A DNA stretch of 47,307 bases, counting the filler, from Dimargaris cristalligena (Eukaryota), in the NCBI GenBank assembly GCA_003614675.1. It is 2 parts of 2 records of this genome, joined end to end, with 100 filler letters (N's around TTAATTAATTAA, not from the genome) between each part and the next. Parts side by side here need not be neighbours in the genome. Positions count along the whole stretch, not along the records: positions 23,724 to 47,307 come from ML002607.1; 1 more part is not named here. One strand, written 5' to 3'. Below, in pieces: positions 23,724-34,393 of the stretch; position 1 is the stretch's first letter; every line of letters begins with the position of its first letter. Under the pieces are notes generated by a model. That model worked only from the letters and a program-made list of their open reading frames with translations. It was not told the DNA's origin and ran no database searches. The translations under genes and the position numbers were made by a program.

Positions 23724-25168
23724 GCAGTAAGGGGGAGTATTTATACTCAAAAGGGGAAGCCTAAATGAAAAGATAGATGAGTAATAGAGAAAGGGAGAGA
23801 AGGTCCCAGAATATTAGATGACTAAGCAGAGGGAAAGGAAGAGGAGTTCCCAGGTAGTAATATTAGTTATCACAAAGGATAGGTAATACCCAGGTAACCA
23901 ATAAATTCAATGTAAAACAATAGAAGGGAAAAAGTGAAAGGGATAAAGTTATTTTTAGCTATACTTTGAATAGGTGCACAGTTGGGCCAGGGGCAGTGTA
24001 AATGCAGGGTTGCAGTCTAGTCAGGGGTAGGGGTATAACTTAGTTAGGAGGATATGTAGAAAATAATATACTAATAACTTGAGATAAATTAACTATACTT
24101 GCCAGGGGTAGGGGCAGGGGCTCATTCACTTGTCAGGGACATACTTCTTATAAGTACAAAAAATAGGAAAATAATAAAAGTAGGTAAAAATATGGTAAGT
24201 TTACCACAACCTTATTACTGTGAACACCTCAGTGAATCTAAAAGTCTTAAATTTTCTGTGTAAAGTAATTTCCTTAGTCCTGGCCATTTTTCCCCTTTAA
24301 ATGAGGTTTTATAGTATTCAGTTTAACCCTAATAGTAAAACCCTGTCACCTGGGTTTACCACTCTTAGTCTATCAAGAGTCCCGGGGATAGGCTTCTAAT
24401 GGTCAGACAGGGCTTAGACTCAGCCAAGTGGGTCCTAGTATTAGGTTAAGGTATAATGCTAACTAATAAAGGATAAGTACAGGTATATGCAAGGGATGTG
24501 CAGTGGCACACTTACTAGTTAGACTAAAGGGAGGGAGTGTATATAGAGTTTATTGAGGTAAACTAGGGGGTAGGAATAAGCTAAGGAATCTAACCAGTTC
24601 CAAGGGGGCCCAGTTATATATATATATATGGGGACAACTCCAGAGGGAGGTCCCAAGGGAAGACTATGGGTAACTAAGGTATATAGTGAAAATAGGCCAA
24701 CCAGATGGCCACTGGTATCTGGAAGACTCTCATGGTAACCAGAAAAGTCTTTGGATCAGCATACTGAGTGATTAGTGCAAAAAGCTGGAGTCAGGGAGGG
24801 GAAGGGTTATATGATATAGGGTGATCCCATAGTCACCCCTAGTACTATGGGAGGGTTAATATGGTCCTATAAGGCTGAATAAGGGCAGTCAGCCTGGTGT
24901 CCAGATTAAGGTGGATTAGAAGGGCTGACACAGAATATAATGTTATCTACTAACAACCAATTATGACATATTGGATGGCACTGCATATATAAATACTTAC
25001 CCAAATAATTAAGGGAACATATATTGAGTTTTCACAATTGCCTAAAGTTAAGCATTGAATAATGACACTACAAGATGGGCTTAACAAAAGGGGTGCCAAT
25101 GCAGCAGTAAGACATGGGGCATTAGATAATGTTTAATCAAATTTAATAATGAATTATGGGGAGGGATG
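23724..25168. repeat. CpG-depleted degenerate repeat/TE relic at contig end
   Basis: Manual scan found one CpG (24383-24384) in ~1445 bp despite abundant G and C. There are no ORFs >=60 aa in the track, and CpGs resume abruptly at 25169. Repeat identity is inferred, not shown. Confidence 0.6.
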
Positions 25169-25294
25169 CGATCCGGGTTGAGATGCTACGAGGGTGAGAT
25201 AGGCTATCCGAAAAGTATGATCAACTGGGCCGTGCCTGAAACGGGCGGGGCTAAATTAAAATCAATAAAAATAATCCAACTGTATTCGAGTGGT

Positions 25295-28200
25295 CTAGGT
25301 AAGAGCGGCCTTAACCACTACAAGCTCATTAGCGTTGAGAAATTTCTCCACAAGCTCATTCAATAAATCACGGCGATTGGCTGCCAACTCTCTCAAGAAA
25401 TTCACCAGATACTCCTATAAAACATGGCAGGAAAATAGATACGATGGGACGATAATGATAATAATAGAATACAATTAGTAATTAGGAAAGGTGCGTCATT
25501 TGTAGGCCAGCTCTGAGCAAACTGAAGTACTCGTTTAATCGCGAAAAAAAAATATCCGCTGCGCAGTATCGAAATTATGTGTGCGCTAAAAGACCAGTGT
25601 ATTGTCACCTACCTTGAGGTTGAGTTGGTAGATCGGGCTCTGCTTCAGATCCTCGTCATCGTCGTCGTCATCATCGTCGCCGAAGCTATCGGCGCCGAAG
25701 TCCGCCAGGTCTTTTAAAAGCAAAATTCAATATTACGAGTAGAAAAAAAAACATGTATACGGTGAGTCCGAGTGCTCCAACAGAAATAATCCAGAATAGT
25801 TAAATACTGATAGGTAAAATAATTGAAAGTAGAGTGGCCTTACCGATCAAATCCTTGTAATCGTCAGCAGGGGCCAAAAGATCTTCGGCATCGACGTCTT
25901 CCCATTCATCATCCTAAAACGAGGGTTGCAAACAAAAAGAATGTGTGAGTTTAGGGTATAGGTGAGTACATCAGGGTAATTGGGCGATAGGCGATTATAA
26001 TCGAATAATAAAACCAGCTAAATCATAACATAAGGCAAATAAAAGGGGAGGGGCCCCAGATTTTGAAGGAAAATTAAACTTACATCGCTTCCATCGTCGG
26101 CCAGTCCGGAGAGTTTTTCAGTCTTCTTGGCTACCAGGTGATCGATATCATTCTGGATGTCAGCGATGAACAACTTGATGATTTTGGCATGGGCGGGAAT
26201 CAAAGAATACTGTTCCTTAGCTAGAGATAGCACCGTGATAACAATGGCCATGGTGAATATTGAAATAATGGTCCAACCAGGTTGGGATACCCATTAAGGT
26301 ATGCAGTGCCATCCAATGCAACAGGCATAAGAATAATAATTAGGTTAGTATGCTCATTGAAAAAAAAAAGTAAAGGGGCCAATAATAAATAGGGTACCAA
26401 AAAGGGTCTAAAATTAAATCCGAATGAGGTAAAGGAATGGGAAAATAGTGGAAGATATGCTATAGTAAAGGAAATAAATAGCTTGCCAGCAGTACTCACA
26501 ATTAGCAGTACGAGAGCGAGTCATAATCACTATAAGCGGTAATACCGAGATACAATATTAAGAGTAAAGTAACAAAGCCAGTATTGAGACATGGGTTAAA
26601 CAGATTTTAGAAAGTGGCATTGCAAATAAACGAGATCGAGGAAGTAGTATCCATTCTAGTCAGTCTCTCCCACTCATTGATACCGATGATAACTTTCCCG
26701 CGAACTAAGCGAGGTCGTAGTGGGCTATTGATACAATAACGATGGTTATAGTTATATTCAAAGACGACTTACTCTTGTTTTGTGTCACAGTAAGATCGCC
26801 CTTAACCAAGAACCGGCCTAATGCGGGTTCGGTCTCTTCCCAAAGCTTGCGCATGGCCACGGCGCTAAAATGACAACAATGTCATATTTTTAGAGAATAA
26901 AAAATAAAAATACGCCGTAGTGACCATTAATGGTTAATAAATAATAGTACTATATCTGTATGATTGCATGTGTTTCAAATCCCGGAAGGCGGTCAATCGT
27001 AATAGACTCGCTCAGAAGAAGCACAGAGAACTAAATTAAAACCATACAGCAAATCTATACAAGGCTACAGTACTTACTTGGCCTTAAGTGTGTATACGCC
27101 GTTGAAGGATTCGTACTCTTCGCACCAGCGATCAACGAGCAACTGCAGAGCCGGCCGACCTTCGATGGTGAGTCCCTGAACAACCGCCAGGGTATTTTGC
27201 GAGTCCGCGATGATCAAATGGGCCATTACCGCAATCAACGATTGGGCAAAGACGGACGTTTGTGCGCTGGCGATACGGTTCAGCACGACCTGGATCAGGC
27301 TAGCCGCATGGGGGGCCATCCAATGGTACCCCTTTTGGATGAGTTTGACGATCAAATCCCCCACAAAAAAGGAGGCGGACTCGGATTGTTGGGGCTGGAG
27401 GAGGAAGGCCACGTACTCGAGTAGGATAGCCAAGCCGGTACGCCCGGTGGTGGGATCCTCTTGCCAGCGGGCGAGATGGTCCAAATCCTTGGTGACGTAG
27501 TATTTGAAGCACTCCTGGCCGTTCTGCATAATGGCATGGTCGTCACTGCGACGCAGCAGTTGGACCAGAACGGGGAAGATTTCCTCGACATAGCCGACGG
27601 GGAGCGGGGAGGGGCCATTCCTGATCAGTTCGGACAGTAGATCGAGGGCGTTGGCCACCACGCCACCCTCCACTTCCTCCGGACCCCGGCGCATGACGTC
27701 CGTAATGAGGGGCACCACCCGGGCCTGGAAAGCACCGAAACACTGTGGGTTCGACACCAAAACGGCCAGGATATCCACAGTCAGGCTGTTGATAAGGTGA
27801 TTAGCTGGGTGTTGCTGCCACACGGTTAGAACGAAAGGGCCTAGCACAGGTTCAAGTTCGGCGGTGATGGATGCATCAATCTTCATGAGCACATATAGAG
27901 TTTCGAGAGCTACCAAGAGGGTATCAGCGGTGAACTGGTCCTGCAACCGCACAATACCCGTCAGGATGGGCCGTAGCAGGGGCCGAATTTGGTCCTTGTC
28001 GGCTTGGCGACCGAAATTATCCAGGGCCTTGAGGGCGCTAATCTTAACCGCCAAAGGGTCCGCTGACTCCAACGTCGTGGCGGCCGCCTGCAAGTACTGA
28101 ACGTTGACAGCGGGGGGCAGGATTTCACTAAACTGGCTAGTGAAAATGAATGCCCGACCGCGGGCAAATGGTTCGGGGCACTGGGCCATTTGAATGACCA

Positions 28201-30165
28201 CATGCTCAAAGAGACCCGGCAGGTCGAGGTGGACCCGGCTCCGGCTGTGCTGATAAGTTTCGATCATATCCTCAGCCGCCAGCCCAATTGCCAACAGACA
28301 GGCCTCCAGGATAACCCACCAACGGGGATCCCCGGCGGTCCGGGCCTGGGTGGCCTGGGATGCGAAATTGGGGGCTACCTGGCCAAGCACGCCCACGGTA
28401 ACGAGGGGGAACTTATCCAGCATAGAACGGATGGTATCCTGGGCAAAGGTGCGCACATTAAAGCTGAGGGACTCGTGCTCTTCGTCGGCGATAAACTGAT
28501 CAATGTCATCCTGCCAGGCCTCAGCCTGTTCCTGGGCCACCTGAAGGTACGGCACGACGGCATTCACTAATTGGATCATCGCCGGTTGGGGCTCAAGGGG
28601 CTGATTGGGGCCGGCCTTGTGGACCAAGTAGGGGCGGACGACGGTCCGGGTGATGAACTCGCTTAGGAAGTCCAGGCAAGCAACAATGTACGTTTCGAGG
28701 CTCAAATCAGCGGACTCCCCGTCGTCGGTAGACACCACCCATGATTGACCCTCCTGCGAGTACACAAATCCCTCGGTGTAGGGGGCACACAGGGTCATGA
28801 GGTCCTGGACAATCAGATCCATGATTGTAGCGACTGCGTTATTATCTTTGGGAGCAAACCGGTTGGCTACTTTGACGGCCCGTAAGACTTCTATTTTCAT
28901 GGATAGGTTGATGGAACCGGCCGGGGCATCGGGCTGGAAAACAGTCGGCTGGCGCAGATAGTGGACGAAAAGCTCCTGCCAGGAACCCAGGTAGGGTTTG
29001 ATGTAGGTATCGATGGCACCTGGACGATCCACACTTACGATGGCGAACATTTCTAAGCAGTCTTTGAATACCCCCACGGCCCGGGCGCGAGTTCCGATGT
29101 CGTGCACCTAGTCAAGGCATAGTGTCAAAATAGACGTACTCCTATAACAAGTTAAAGTTCGGCTGGGGTATTGAATAGGGCGATCGAATTAACATGTATA
29201 TATATATACATATCGAAGGAGGGTGGGTGATAGATAAGTCAGGAAAGTACATACCTGGTCCTTGGTGGCAATGGTGTAAAGTTCTGGCAAAAGCTGGATG
29301 ATTTGGTTCATTTGCTGATCGGTCATATCGCGCCTCACGAATTCGGAGTAAACGTGCATGGAGGCCTGGACCTGCTCGGGCGAGCCGCTCTTCAGAAGAT
29401 GGAGTAGGTAGTCAAACAGCTCAGGCCAGTCCTCGGGCCAGTCAAACTGGGCGATTTCTGAAATAACATAGGCCTGTGTCAGACATTTATCAACCGATAA
29501 GCAATATTAGAGTAAAAGACGAATTAGACATCGTGATATTTACTCCTTAAAAAATGGAAGAATGGTCGGATTGTGAAAGTAGCAGTCAAAAATGTCCGAC
29601 ACATAGCCCCATTTCCCTAAAATGTTGGGTATGATTATACTGTACCCGCCATTGAACTCCCCAGCTAGGCGTTCCGGCTAAGGCAGCAAGATACCAGGAG
29701 CAATGTGATCAGCAGTAAGAGCCGTATATATAAAGTGTATTCAGTCCAACTCGCCCAGCTTCCACGCTTGCCTCTTTTAATCAAAAGAATCTTTAAAAAA
29801 CCCACAGCCCAATACATATGTCTATATACAATATCACCTACCGCACCCACTCGGATTTTCTTTTCCGAATCGGACAAGCCCTCCACGATTTGTTGGCGGA
29901 TAAGCTGTTTCACCGAACCATCCAGCTCGGGTTCTTCAAACCGCTGAGCTGAGGCGGACCAGTGTTTATCGACATAATTCTTCAGCGAGAATATAGCTGC
30001 CTGGCGCTGCGGCAGGGAACACTCGGGGGCGGTCGCGCAGCGGGTTAAACTCAGAGGGAATTCGGGCTTAGGGGTCAGTTGGCGCAGCGTCAGCTCGGCC
30101 TGCATGCGAACATTGGCCTCGGGCGAGAGGGTTTGCAGAAGGCATTCGTAGACGGTCCGATCCAT
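25295..30165 (-). CDS. KAP114: Importin-9 / Kap114 (importin-beta family), 9 exons, ~1039 aa
   Basis: Exons 30165-29842, 29473-29255, 29107-27078, 26864-26773, 26529-26500, 26220-26084, 25913-25844, 25710-25613 and 25414-25295 splice in frame (3120 nt). Motifs: IBN_N domain, IAQFDWPEDWPELF, VKGDL...IMTRSR, acidic loop DDEWEDVD, and C-terminal YLVNFLRE. Confidence 0.9.
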
Positions 30166-31166
30166 GGTAGAGGTGAGAGACAAGGCGGAGCACAGTGCCG
30201 GGAGAGGAGATGGCGGAGGTAGATAGTATAATAATAATAATAATAATAGGGGAAAAGGGGGGACAGTGGAGAACGGAAATGCAAGAGTGGAGAGATAAGA
30301 ACAACGGGCAAGGGGGAGAAGGTTAATAGTCCAAACGGCCCGGGCTAAAGGGGGTTGGAGGGGAAGTGTGCAAGAAAACTGTCCAAACAGTGGCTAGACT
30401 CGAAAACAAGGAGGGGGTGGTGGTGATATAGAAAGGGCACCAACAGGTAAACAGGGAACATTAACTATGGCTGTAATACAGACTGGGGGGTTGTACTATA
30501 AACACAAACCGCAGGCCAAGGCTGGTCAAACAGCAGATGGCCTTGGGTGGCAGAGTACTTGGCTGAATATTATAAGGTGGACATTTGATATCTAGAGGTC
30601 CATCGCAACTATAAACAATGCGCCGGAATTACCCATCCCCTCTCATAATGGGCCGTGGCGGAGTTAAACAGTCGCACTTACGTATTCTAATCTACTCTAC
30701 TCTGCGAATACATCAATAACCTCAAGTCGATAGATATACTAAACCCATATTATAGAGGTGGTAATTTTGATACAATCTTTTTAGTCAACACCTACCACCT
30801 AGACTGTCCCTTTATAGTAGACTAATTACAGTCCAACTGAGACTCCATGAGACAGTATAAAATTAGTTGGTCAACCTAACCATTTTCACCCTTGTCGAAG
30901 AGGGACAAATTAGGGGGAGCTTGTCATTTCCTTGTTGCTCCAACATAGTGGCTGTCGAAAAAACGATGCCCAGCTAATCATGACATGATTGGTTGAAGAT
31001 CAACTGTATATAAACGAACAGCAAATTGAAATTTGCGCTCACTAACAACCAGGACAGCTAATTGTGGAGCGCATACCATGGCGAAAATGGCCGGGATGTT
31101 CGATGTAAGTCGATAAAGATCGGTCCGGCAAATGTATTATTGATGATATATTTAGTAGTGCTAAAC

Positions 31167-31309
31167 ATATGGGAGAAATTCATCCAAGCCGTATAACGAA
31201 AAATCCATTAGATTCGGCCAATATTATAGTTAAAAATACATTTCCCATATATTTTCCCATACACGTATAATGTAAACCATTATATAGCTGGGCCGAATTT
31301 CACCCATAT
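31167..31309 (+). mobile_element. MITE-like dispersed repeat, copy B (best-preserved TIRs)
   Basis: Left end ATATGGGAGAAATTCATCCAAGCCGTATAA versus reverse complement of right end ATATGGGTGAAATTCGGCCCAGCTATATAA: 24/30 match. AT-rich, non-coding interior; homologous to 19582-19725. Confidence 0.78.
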
Positions 31310-32067
31310 TATATATGGTCTTCAATGTCTTGATAGCCCCTGGGTTTCCACTTAAAGCCATTTTAAGGATTATATTGACTGTTATACGTAAAAAACCCGC
31401 AAATAGCTGTTGCATATGGGAGAGGCAGAGCTGATTTAAATGCTAGTTGGTATTGTCACCAATGCTGGACTATGGTTAGGTACGTTAGCCTACCCTTGGA
31501 TTCCTAATCCTACCTTCGAATGGGTGCCAACATCACTATTGTGCAAATGCAATTACAGGGAGTGGGATTAGCCATATACAAGGAACCTTTAATAATGATC
31601 CTATGTATAAGGCAATATAATTTTATTAATACAAAATTACAGGTTGAATCATCTATAATATATTTTGAGTTGTTTTCCCGGAGTCACTAATCCGAAGAAT
31701 GGTGCTTCTGTCCCTATATTAAACCCAGGGTTGCATTTATATATGTAGACTAAACGGGAAGACGCTTATCACAGTTGGCACCCGCAGACCTATTATCACT
31801 ATACCCAACAACACTTAGCCATATTCCTACAGTCTGTCTACGCATGGGTTATGCACCATCAACCAGTATCCTAAAAGGATGGTGCAATCGTAATAACCGG
31901 GGTGGGGCTACATACCTTCGGGCCAATCTGTTGTCATATAAAAATCTCTAGGAGCTGGCAGGGTGAAATAGATTCCAGACTAAATACAACCTATACGGGC
32001 ACCATAAAATTGGTACAACTAAATTTAATTTTAATAAAATTTACATTGTCAAAAGATCGACATGCAA

Positions 32068-32141
32068 GGTCGCATGGCCAAATTGGATAAGGCACCTGAC
32101 TACGGATCAGGAGATTGCAGGTTCGAGTCCTGCTGCGATCG
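32068..32141 (+). tRNA. tRNA-Arg (anticodon ACG), intronless
   Basis: Acceptor stem GGTCGCA/TGCGATC with discriminator G; D-arm TGGCCAAATTGGATAAGGC; anticodon arm CCTGA-CT-ACG-GA-TCAGG; T-arm GCAGG-TTCGAGT-CCTGC. Confidence 0.97.
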
Positions 32142-32146
32142 CATAA

Positions 32147-32151
32147 TTTTT
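32147..32151 (+). terminator. RNA polymerase III terminator (T5) of tRNA-Arg
   Basis: TTTTT lies 5 nt downstream of the tRNA discriminator base. Confidence 0.7.
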
Positions 32152-32627
32152 CGGACCTATTTTTATGTTAGGTTCTATTTCCCCCTCATTTTACTGCCAA
32201 ATACCCCATGAGACGGACCTAATCTTTTGTTTAGATGGTTGGCAATAAATTGTCCAATTGTGAATATAGGTGTTGGTTAAAAATTGGTAGTTATATGGTA
32301 TGGCTGCAGTAAGTTTAATTGGGAATAATTCTAATAACTATACCTAACGTTCGAAAGGGTTGGCGGTTTCATTTACTTTGAGGCTATATTTAACCTTACT
32401 CGATATTACTCCTGAAGGGCCACACACGAAAGCCAAGGGAAGAAGGGGCTTCAGCTACCTTCTGAACGGATGCCCTCTGACCGTTTTCCTCATTTCGCTG
32501 AACTTCTCTAATGCGTCGCTATACATATACCACCTTGCTCTCTTTAAGCTAATTCACTTCAACTCCGACCACCGCGCCTTTCCTAGCCCGCCCATTCGCA
32601 ACCAGCCCCTTCTCTCCCTCCAATGAC

Positions 32628-33995
32628 ATGCCGCTTTCTTCAGTCGTTTGGCAGATTTCCACGCTAGCCTTTTTTTCCATTTGCGGCGTATGGATCCGCC
32701 TGGGCGTTCTAAACCTGTTCGACTTCGCTAACACGGATGTTTTTCCGCTGGCCTTGGTGCAACTCCTGGGCTGTCTCGTGATGGGCTTTATACGGAAGCT
32801 CAAAACCGTCCAGGCGCGCGCAAATGACGAGCGGCACTATGTAGAACAACTTAGACGGGAGAGGATAGTGGGGGCCGCCGCCAACGGCGCAAATGAAAAT
32901 GACCACGCTGACGGCCATAGCGGTACCTGTAACGCCCGTAACTGGCATTCTTTTGAATACCACCTAACCCACCACCCTTATTTGTTCACGGGCATCGCCA
33001 CCGGTCTCTGTGGTTCCATCACCACCTTTTCCAGCTGGCAGCTTGACATTTTTCAAACGGCCTTTCGCATTCCCACCCGACTACCCACCACCACCTCCGC
33101 TATCGATTTGGAGCAGGCTCGACTACCTCCTACGCATTTTGATTCCCTATTGGCGTCGTTTAATAATATCGTGGTAACTTGGTGTGTGGCAATCGCCGGT
33201 TTTTGGTTCGGTTCCCATGTGGCCCGGGCTTGGTTAGCTCTCCGGCGCTGGCGACTGCATTGCGCCAGGGTCGAATACATGCGGGGCATCGATGTCGGAT
33301 CAACAACCGAAGCGGCACCGGCTACCCGTTTTCCGCCCCTTAATTCTGGCTCCCCACAGTCGTCTAGAGGTAAAAGGGCCGTGCAAATACTTGCCTGGAC
33401 CATCGCCGGTCTCGGTCTCTTCGGCTGGATCGGGGTAATCGTTGGGACTTCCCTTAAATTCCATTGGCGGAACTATAATTTCGCCGCCTGTTTCGCACCC
33501 CTGGGCACCCTCATCCGGTACGGACTCGCCCGGTTCAACCATTTATCAACTTCCTCTTCCCCCCCGACTTATACCGCGACCGCCCCACCCAGCTCAAGAG
33601 TTCGGCGCTGGGTTCGCCAATTGCGATCCCTCGTGTTTCCCTGGGGTACGTTCACCGCTAATATCCTAGGAACGGCTATTCTCGCCGTTTTATTCATCCT
33701 GGGTCGGAACGTGTTTCGGATCAATGCGGCGGCAGCCGCGCAGGAGGACCAGTACCGTACCCATGCGTTTTGCCAGTTCCGCCAAGCCCTTATAGACGGG
33801 CTCTGTGGCTGTTTGACGACTATCTCGACCCTAGTGGTGGAAGTAGCGGTGCTACTGCCTTCATTGCGGTTGAGCTATATTTACGCGTTAGCATCACTAC
33901 TCGTGGCACAGATTTTTATGGTTTTTATCGCTGGCTTCTATGAATGGTTTGCTCAGCCTGATACCCGCGTAGGGTATCTCAATTGTACATTATAA
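32628..33995 (+). CDS. FEX1: Fluoride export channel FEX (two fused CrcB/Fluc domains)
   Basis: 455-aa membrane protein with two Fluc repeats: GVWIRLG...GIATGLCGSITTFSSW and APLGTLIRY...FPWGTFTANILG...DGLCGCLTTIST. Confidence 0.9.
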   Translation: MPLSSVVWQISTLAFFSICGVWIRLGVLNLFDFANTDVFPLALVQLLGCLVMGFIRKLKTVQARANDERHYVEQLRRERIVGAAANGANENDHADGHSGTCNARNWHSFEYHLTHHPYLFTGIATGLCGSITTFSSWQLDIFQTAFRIPTRLPTTTSAIDLEQARLPPTHFDSLLASFNNIVVTWCVAIAGFWFGSHVARAWLALRRWRLHCARVEYMRGIDVGSTTEAAPATRFPPLNSGSPQSSRGKRAVQILAWTIAGLGLFGWIGVIVGTSLKFHWRNYNFAACFAPLGTLIRYGLARFNHLSTSSSPPTYTATAPPSSRVRRWVRQLRSLVFPWGTFTANILGTAILAVLFILGRNVFRINAAAAAQEDQYRTHAFCQFRQALIDGLCGCLTTISTLVVEVAVLLPSLRLSYIYALASLLVAQIFMVFIAGFYEWFAQPDTRVGYLNCTL

Positions 33996-34393
33996 TGTAG
34001 TCAATGGGAGATGGAATGCTGTCTTATTCACCGCCCTCCCTCTGTGGTAAATATACTATTGATCTAGAATGATCTGCCTGCGTGGCTTAGATACTAAACA
34101 ATAAAGTTATGAATTTAATAGTGGGAAAAATGGGGATATGCACACTTAATCAACAGATTGTAACGAAATCAAATAAATCAAGATCAAAAATAAAATAAAA
34201 TATTAAACTAGATCAATAGATATAAATGCCTCAAAACGAAACAGAAAAAAAAACACATACAGTACACATGCCAGCAAAGTATCTAGGGGATGATGGAGGT
34301 TCTCTAATTACGAAATGGACAAACGCTTGCTGTCTACTTTCAGGTTGAGAAAACTCGGTTGATTGATGGATTAATGGGGCGAGAGGAACCTTA

